Shown here: piece after piece, positions 57,792 to 64,000 of the stretch
Layout of the letters: every line of letters begins with the position of its first letter
Numbering within the stretch: the first letter of the stretch is position 1
NCBI GenBank assembly: GCA_963665235.2
Contig: CAXXLX010000002.1
Coordinates: 384,001-448,000 of the forward strand
DNA length: 64,000 nucleotides
Source of the DNA: Candidatus Poribacteria bacterium
Lineage (GTDB): Bacteria > Poribacteria > WGA-4E > WGA-3G
Direction: 5' to 3'
Program-made: the position numbers and the translations under genes
The notes under the pieces: model-generated
Seen by the model: only the letters and a program-made list of their open reading frames with translations
Told to the model about the DNA's origin: nothing
Database searches by the model: none

Positions 57792-59312
57792 TCATCTGTC
57801 CGCTTGCCTTGATTCCAAACCCACCAAGGTGTTCCTTCCTTTATTCGTTAAACGGTACTTTTGTAGACGACTTGTAGGTTTATCCGGCAGCGTATATTCA
57901 ATCATCGTATCCTTTAGCAGTGCCTGAACAACTTTATTGAGCTGACCGGAGATTTCTTTCTGTCCTAAACGTTTGGACATTTCAGATTTTTGCAGTGGCC
58001 CCTTAGCGAGCAGGACCAACACTTTTGATTTAAGCCCCTTATGCTGCGACTCTGGCTGCGACTCTGGCTGCGACTCTGGCTGCCCCGAAATCTGATTCGC
58101 CTGTGTAGCACGCCAAATCGTCGTTGTGAACCCGTGGCTTGTAGTGAACTCGGGCTCTGGCAAATCAGCGTCTATACACCGACGAATCATGTCCACCGTT
58201 CCCGTTCCTAACCGCTCAATGTATTCGGTGAGGTACAACGCTTCTGCAAGCAGCGGATTATGTGGTATTGATGGATGGGCTACACGTAACTGGGCCAATG
58301 TTAGCGGCGGTGGAAGTCTACCAGGGTTCCAGACCTCCAACCGATCTGTGAAGAGCATGACTTGGACGCTGCCATTACTGGTATAATCCCGATGTGCTAC
58401 GGCGTTGACAATGGCTTCAGTTACAACTTCCTTCGGAATTTCATAAGCGACAGGTGCTTGTACGCTTTCTGCGCGTGTCCCGACCCACAAATTGATCTTG
58501 CTAAGTACAAAATCCACCGTCTGATCTACAAGTTGGAACGCAGTCCCTTTGTAGACTTGGTAAGATGGAATCGGTTTAGCGACCTCTGTTCCGTGGAAGT
58601 GTGCACACCTGACCTCGGAGGAGATAAGAAATCGTTGTGGTGATTTTCCGAACAGTAGCATCGCCGCATTCGTAGGGTTACCATCATTCAAGAGATTGAG
58701 ATGCACAAGCAATTCCTCGATTGATGCATCTTCAGGCAGCGGGAACGCTCTAGCAAAACGGGCTCTGCGGATAAACCGGCGCATATTCTCTGAGTCAAGG
58801 TCAGCTAACGTTGCCTTCGTACAGGGGGCAGCATCAAAAGGCACGGAACGGACAAGCTCTTTGCTATCCAAGTATTCAACTAGTGCAGCATAGAGGGCCG
58901 TTACTAATTCTTCCGACGTGTTGAACCGCTTCCGAATTAGTCCAGTTTGTGCTTTACGGATGAGTGTCTGCATCTTTGGATGCCGCTCATCATCGTTTGT
59001 ACCTTTTACGAAAATCAGACGATGAACACCAGAAGCAGTCGCCTGATCGAACTCCCGTTCTGTCGGTGATATGCCATCCGCATCCTCTGACCCGTAGTCG
59101 TTCCCGAATAGTCCAACATAAATATCAGACTGCTCAACCTTGTCCAGATAGAGGTTATCCGGACGGCGATCTAATGCCGGAACATCTTCAAACAGAAAGA
59201 CATCAAAGAACCGTCGCATCAACGGGTCGGCGCGTAGGTAGTCGCGTAGTGCTGCGCGTTCTTGTGCGAATTCTCTTTGTACACTGCTGATGAAAATATG
59301 TATGGTGTTCAT
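57792..59312 (-). CDS. DUF4062 + ATP-binding (HATPase-like) + HTH protein
   Basis: IFISSVQ.EF..ER, EAIVNAVAHRDY, IERLGTG, PTSR.QKY. Confidence 0.8.
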   Translation of the reverse strand: MNTIHIFISSVQREFAQERAALRDYLRADPLMRRFFDVFLFEDVPALDRRPDNLYLDKVEQSDIYVGLFGNDYGSEDADGISPTEREFDQATASGVHRLIFVKGTNDDERHPKMQTLIRKAQTGLIRKRFNTSEELVTALYAALVEYLDSKELVRSVPFDAAPCTKATLADLDSENMRRFIRRARFARAFPLPEDASIEELLVHLNLLNDGNPTNAAMLLFGKSPQRFLISSEVRCAHFHGTEVAKPIPSYQVYKGTAFQLVDQTVDFVLSKINLWVGTRAESVQAPVAYEIPKEVVTEAIVNAVAHRDYTSNGSVQVMLFTDRLEVWNPGRLPPPLTLAQLRVAHPSIPHNPLLAEALYLTEYIERLGTGTVDMIRRCIDADLPEPEFTTSHGFTTTIWRATQANQISGQPESQPESQPESQHKGLKSKVLVLLAKGPLQKSEMSKRLGQKEISGQLNKVVQALLKDTMIEYTLPDKPTSRLQKYRLTNKGRNTLVGLESRQADR

Positions 59313-59337
59313 AATGATTTAGTGTTGAGTCCTATGA

Positions 59338-60888
59338 CTACTCCCGCCACTGTTTTAAAATTCTCTGTAGCTCATTCGCAAGGTACCGGATGTCACTCTC
59401 TCTTTGATCTGCCTCTAAACGTGCAACGATCCGGCAGATTTCCGATGCCTCTCTACGTAAGTTCTCGGAGAGGCTCCGAAATTTGTTTTTTGCAATCTCT
59501 GATGGCGAATCGGATGCCAAACTGTATATTGCATCCAACTGGTTCATTAAGTTAGACAAACCTGCTCGTGTGTTTCCGAGTCGTTCGATTTCTGCGTCAG
59601 GAATGTATTTTAACCGCTCCCAGACCCAACTTTCGGGGGCTCCACTACCGGGGAGAAATAGTATGGACACAGTAATTTTTGCAGCGTCTTGTATTTTAAA
59701 CGCGATTTCACCATTTCTCTGGTCACCATCGAGAACGAAAACAGTATTTTGAATCTGACCGAATTTTCTTAGCGTCTCAGCGTGTATCGGAAATTGGCTT
59801 GCCGCTGTATCTCGTCCAATGCGGATTGATTCTCTGTTCATTCCCTCTTGTGGGAGTAAAAAGTCAAATATACCTTCCAAGATACCTTCAGCAATTTCAT
59901 CTTCACAGAGCAGCTTGAGCATCTCGCTGGAGCGTCCGTAGAGCGTGTTCTGAATTAAGTCACGATATGCCGGGCGCACCACAACCTCGCCTGACGCGTC
60001 GTCTCGGTCAAGAAAAATCCGGCCGTTGGGTGGTACCGAGTCGAGAACGGCCGGACTGTGTGAGGTTACGATGATTTGAAGATCATTGCGGAGTGCCAGT
60101 TGCTGTAGATGCAACATGAGTAGTTGCTGTACCCAAGGATGCAAGCCTGCTTCGACGTCGTCAATCAGGACAAGCGCACCTTTGAGTTCTGTGATGTCTC
60201 GCGACAGTCGCAGGAGTGCGCGTTCCCCCGCCGCCATGTGTAGTTCAGAGTATGCCGCGCCACCTTTTTGGGCAGCAAAGAGCAGATTTTTGTTGCCACT
60301 AGCCAAACTCACCACCTCCGAATATCTGAAAGGGAGCATCTGATGTGCAAACTCGATCTGTGCTGATGTCAGTGGCGTTTCTTCTGGTTCGGATTTCAGA
60401 CGTGACATACTGAGAACACCGCTCACCTCCGAGGGGTTCCTTAGATTGCTAAGGATTCTGAGATAGACCGGCCGCATCGGTTGACTGGCATTTTTACGAC
60501 CGAAAAAGCTACGGCTCCACCCCTTGGCACGTCGCCATCGCATGGAGGTATCGCCTTCAGGAGTCTGGTAAGAGAACTCCATTGTAACCGTTTGCTGCAT
60601 ATCTTGATGTCTTCCGAGTTTAGGACGATAATCGGGGAAGAGCGTGGACGGGACAAATTCCTTAACGCCCGCACCTGACACCTTATACGCACACGCTGTG
60701 GCAAAAAGGACCGTTGACTTGCCAGTCGTATTTCCACCAGCAATTACACTTACTGGGTAATCAAATGGGACTCTTAAGTTATTGAATCCACGGATACCAT
60801 CCAAGCGGATTGCCGACAGAAAATGCGGTAAATGCGGTTTCTTGCCTTGCAAATTTCTCCCGAGTTCTTCTAAGCGTCTCTCAATCAT
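59338..60888 (-). CDS. ABC-type ATPase fused to a TOPRIM-like domain (OLD-like)
   Basis: GGNTTGKS, MAAGE, LIDDVEAGLHP, TSHS; LCEDE and LDGD. Confidence 0.75.
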   Translation of the reverse strand: MIERRLEELGRNLQGKKPHLPHFLSAIRLDGIRGFNNLRVPFDYPVSVIAGGNTTGKSTVLFATACAYKVSGAGVKEFVPSTLFPDYRPKLGRHQDMQQTVTMEFSYQTPEGDTSMRWRRAKGWSRSFFGRKNASQPMRPVYLRILSNLRNPSEVSGVLSMSRLKSEPEETPLTSAQIEFAHQMLPFRYSEVVSLASGNKNLLFAAQKGGAAYSELHMAAGERALLRLSRDITELKGALVLIDDVEAGLHPWVQQLLMLHLQQLALRNDLQIIVTSHSPAVLDSVPPNGRIFLDRDDASGEVVVRPAYRDLIQNTLYGRSSEMLKLLCEDEIAEGILEGIFDFLLPQEGMNRESIRIGRDTAASQFPIHAETLRKFGQIQNTVFVLDGDQRNGEIAFKIQDAAKITVSILFLPGSGAPESWVWERLKYIPDAEIERLGNTRAGLSNLMNQLDAIYSLASDSPSEIAKNKFRSLSENLRREASEICRIVARLEADQRESDIRYLANELQRILKQWRE

Positions 60889-61124
60889 GAATTAGTATTC
60901 CTTCCGATACCTTTTGATGTCTCTTTCGTTTGTATCGGTTCACCGACGTGTCGAGTTAGATACTCAAGAACCTCCTCTTGCATTTTTTCTATTTCTGCCC
61001 TGTACCCACTCGAAACGAGTGAGAATTCTTCAGCGGAGGCTTTAGCACGCAATTGCAAAAGTAAGTCTTGAAAATAGGCGATACGTTGTTGACTGGTTTT
61101 GAGTTCCTTATCATTTTGAATCAT
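60885..61124 (-). CDS. small helical hypothetical protein
   Basis: 79 aa; start and stop overlap both neighbours. Confidence 0.65.
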   Translation of the reverse strand: MIQNDKELKTSQQRIAYFQDLLLQLRAKASAEEFSLVSSGYRAEIEKMQEEVLEYLTRHVGEPIQTKETSKGIGRNTNS

Positions 61125-61561
61125 TCTCTCACCTCTATAATGCCACGAAGGGTCCCATCGCGTTTGACTTGCCAGCTTGCTATAAACTCATCAATGGTTT
61201 CTAAAAACAGCAATGATGGACGTATCCAGAAGATACTGGCACCAAATTCGTTTTCTGTTTGTTGATGGTTCAAGAGTTTTTTGACATCATCACTACAAGC
61301 TGCTATGTCAAAATCGTCATCAAAGATAATGACGACATCTATATCGTTCGGTTTCGGTTTTGCCGTAATATAACTCCCGAAAATAAGTAATTGCTGAAGG
61401 TGCCCCGTTTCCTTAGCAAGTTGGTAGATGCGTTGCAAACGCTGAGTCACAATTATGCGTCGTTCTGTTCCGCTACCAAATTGAGCGATGACTTCCTCAA
61501 TCGTTGCTGGGTGTACTCCTTCTGGCAATTCACCCTCAGGATTCAGATTAGGTAATGGCAT
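61121..61561 (-). CDS. DUF6932-like minimal nucleotidyltransferase-fold protein
   Basis: G.LP.GVH, FGSYIT.K..PNDID. Confidence 0.7.
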   Translation of the reverse strand: MPLPNLNPEGELPEGVHPATIEEVIAQFGSGTERRIIVTQRLQRIYQLAKETGHLQQLLIFGSYITAKPKPNDIDVVIIFDDDFDIAACSDDVKKLLNHQQTENEFGASIFWIRPSLLFLETIDEFIASWQVKRDGTLRGIIEVRE

Positions 61562-61673
61562 TCAATACCTCAACGTTGGTACACACAATTTGTACGGGTT
61601 CTTGTTGAAATCACACTATATTGCATATGTTACGTAACGTGAATTTGATAATAGATGTCCGTCTGCACTAACC

Positions 61674-62092
61674 TCTATAAACATATCGTCCCTACGGGAC
61701 TAAGGCAGGGGGGAGGGCACCTATTTCTATAAACATATCGTCCCTACGGGACTAAGAGGCGGTGGGGAAACGTCTGATTCTATAAATATATCGTCCCTAC
61801 GGGACTAAGTGGTCTGCTCGCTAAGATTATATCGTAAAATAGACACGCCATAATCACAGGCACAGTGCGATGTCCCGGCTATTATCTGGAAATTCAAATA
61901 ACATAAGAATTTACCGAGTGAACCACTAAGTGGTCTGCTCGCTAAGATTATATCGTAAAATAGACACGCCATAATCACAGGCACAGTGCGATGTCCCGGC
62001 TATTATCTGGAAATTCAAATAACATAAGAATTTACCGAGTGAACCACTAAGAGGTGGGGCGGAAACGCCTGATTCTATAAACCTGTCGTCCC
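61674..62092. repeat. REP-like array with a tandem MITE dimer (2 x 121 bp, 61804-62045)
   Basis: TCTATAAACATATCGTCCCTACGGGACTAA x3 plus one degenerate copy; MITE ends GTGGTCTGCTCGCTAA / TTACCGAGTGAACCAC. Confidence 0.85.
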
Positions 62093-62155
62093 TAAGAAGC
62101 GGGTTTTTCACCCGAATACTAGCGGAAAACTTTTTCCAAACTCACGTTAACCTTA

Positions 62156-62944
62156 CTATTGCACAGGCACTCTCTCGATGTTCGCGCTCAGATAATCTAT
62201 AATCTCTTGTCGGTTTACTTCTAAACTCGGAAAATATACCTTGCACACATCATCGAAACGGGCGACTACCTGATGACCAGCAGCTTCCCGATTCTGGAAA
62301 ATACCCAGAGGACGAAACGGAATGTCCCACTGCTTAATATGTTGTAATTTGATTGTGGCATCACGGATTCTATCATTGTTGGCAAGGGCATATACAAAAA
62401 GCGGTTCAGGCATTCCATTGATGCGACAATCGACTGTATATTTTTTCGCCGCATCGTGTTTTGGATCGTGCCAGCCGAAAGCCCTGTCCGCTTCTGGAAC
62501 AACTTCATGGAACAGATCTTTGAAATCTGCCATAAATGTGGATTGTGGCCGTTCTTTCGACAAACACAACACGTCCCCCATCTTCACAAGTGCTTGGGCA
62601 AAAGCGTATAACGCATCACCAAAGCGCGCGTCTTTGACCTCAAGAATTAATTCTCCACAACGGTCTTCAACTTTAAACGTAGACCGAGCATTTGAAATAA
62701 TTCTCTCGCGTGTACCGCTGAATAATTTCCTCTCATCAATATCGTAGGTAAGGTGCATATAGGTATGCCCTCCGTCTGAGAGTAACCAACGTCCCTGTTC
62801 TTTTTTTAGAATAATGGCTAAGTGGTCACCGTCGTCAAACCGGAAAGGGGTAAACACGCGAAAACGGTCTTTGCCATCGGGTAAAACCCGAACCTTTGCC
62901 GAGACTTTATCAATAAAGTCTTGCTCTATAGATTTTATCGACAT
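62156..62944 (-). CDS. DUF1828 domain protein
   Basis: VFTPF.FDDGD.L.I, W.LSD.GHT; VDC.I C-terminal region. Confidence 0.75.
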   Translation of the reverse strand: MSIKSIEQDFIDKVSAKVRVLPDGKDRFRVFTPFRFDDGDHLAIILKKEQGRWLLSDGGHTYMHLTYDIDERKLFSGTRERIISNARSTFKVEDRCGELILEVKDARFGDALYAFAQALVKMGDVLCLSKERPQSTFMADFKDLFHEVVPEADRAFGWHDPKHDAAKKYTVDCRINGMPEPLFVYALANNDRIRDATIKLQHIKQWDIPFRPLGIFQNREAAGHQVVARFDDVCKVYFPSLEVNRQEIIDYLSANIERVPVQ

Positions 62945-62947
62945 TGC

Positions 62948-63429
62948 TTAGCCCTCCTCAAATAAGGTGTCTTGTAACGCATTAGGGTCTTCAAAATTTG
63001 CATCCGCAAAAAGACATTTCAAAGCACCGTTGACATCAGCATAACGTTGTGTTGGTTCGGCGTAAGCTTCTTCTTTTGGCCCGTTCACCTGATATCGCTC
63101 TGTCGCGGTGTGAATGTGAAAACCCGTGAATACTTCATTTTCAATTGGGTTGGTGTGTTCATGGTTACCGCCATTGTAGCGTCTAAGTAGAAAAATTTCT
63201 TCGGCGGTGGAACTATAACGCTTAAGATAACTGAAAAGTTCAATTCGTCGGAAACGCTCGTTCTGACAATAACTCGAAATTCGTTCCCCTCTTCTCCTGT
63301 TATATTCAGGATATATTCATTGCTTCCGCGATTGATTCTTTTTTTAAACTTGCTACCCCAATTGTCTGGTAACACTTTGCGCTCTTGTATAAACGCTTTG
63401 ATTTCTTGATCTGTAAATATTATACCCAT
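62948..63429 (-). pseudogene. DUF6978-like gene with a frameshift near 63195
   Basis: alternative frame gives LRRYNG.NHEHTNPIE...FHIHTATERYQ and ends 3 nt before the next start. Confidence 0.65.
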
Positions 63430-63612
63430 AATTTATTCAGATTTCAACCAAATTCTGATTCAGCCAGGAGCCGCGCGAAACACCAAGTGTCCCTAATCCG
63501 CGAAATCCGTGTAATCCGCGATAATCCGCGATTCTGACAACCGCACCCATCCTATTGAGGAGCTGCCGCACCACTTCCTGTTGATGGTCCACGTGCTCTT
63601 GTATAGCAGCAT

Positions 63613-63774
63613 TTATTCGCAGTTGGTTCCACGATTTCTAACTTCTTTCGGTGTTGAATTTATTGCCTCTTGAGCGCGCCTCTTTTGAATAGCCTTATCT
63701 ACTGCGCGTTCAATTTGGCGGATTGTGAGCTTCCCACGTTTGGGTGGGAATTTGATAGTTCTTTGTCTTGCCAT
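63613..63774 (-). CDS. small basic hypothetical protein
   Basis: ATG after GGGAG; 53 aa. Confidence 0.4.
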   Translation of the reverse strand: MARQRTIKFPPKRGKLTIRQIERAVDKAIQKRRAQEAINSTPKEVRNRGTNCE

Positions 63775-63917
63775 GGGTATTCTCCCGCGACTCAAGGCAC
63801 GCGATACCTATAAACTGGCACCCTACTATTATTCGGAGCGAGCCCTATAAAATTGCCTAAACGTTGTTAAAAAGTTTACCATATTTTTGAAAAGAAATCA
63901 AATCAACGGAAAAGGAG

Positions 63918-63972
63918 GGGTGCGTAAAGTTTTTGTACAAAACCGGTGTAAATGTTACACTTTTGACACAAA
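63918..63972 (+). mobile_element. left end of another copy of the 44541 MITE family
   Basis: near identity to 44541-44595. Confidence 0.7.
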
Positions 63973-64000
63973 CGCTATCGATGGCTGGTCAGGTGGATTG

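Noticed and set aside
61674-61808. CRISPR-like array of 30-bp repeats with ~22-nt spacers
   Set aside because: Only three repeats, spacers resemble each other, the repeat is a REP-type palindrome, and no cas genes are present.
63188-63202. Programmed -1 frameshift at AAATTTT
   Set aside because: The heptamer is not in X XXY YYZ phase with the upstream frame.

Overview
Bacterial chromosomal segment, most likely Candidatus Poribacteria or a relative. This is inferred from PhyH dioxygenases, sulfatases, secreted proteins with a C-terminal GK..WG..K tail and dense REP/MITE families. It carries housekeeping genes (glnA-glnB, dcd, def, larE, pheA, queG, mobA, ppk2, moxR), many intergenic miniature elements, an intact tnpB-only IS200/IS605 element inserted in mazF, and a defence-like island at the right end. 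The main result is two genes that the ORF track splits at an in-frame TGA. Each TGA falls on the family's conserved cysteine and is followed 12-13 nt later by a 7-bp hairpin with GG in the loop, like a bacterial SECIS. One is an archaeal-type geranylgeranyl reductase (46254-45058, PLR-U-AEG) next to a ferredoxin; the other is an 82-aa DUF5069-like protein (23924-23676, YP-U-PQD). Both are candidate selenoproteins. Other leads are a protein-less IS200/IS605 element with its own promoter and a ~420-nt structured RNA, a second ~350-nt structured non-coding region, and an AcrIII-1/DUF1874 ring-nuclease homolog lacking its catalytic residues. All family assignments come from motif recognition by eye, not from database searches.
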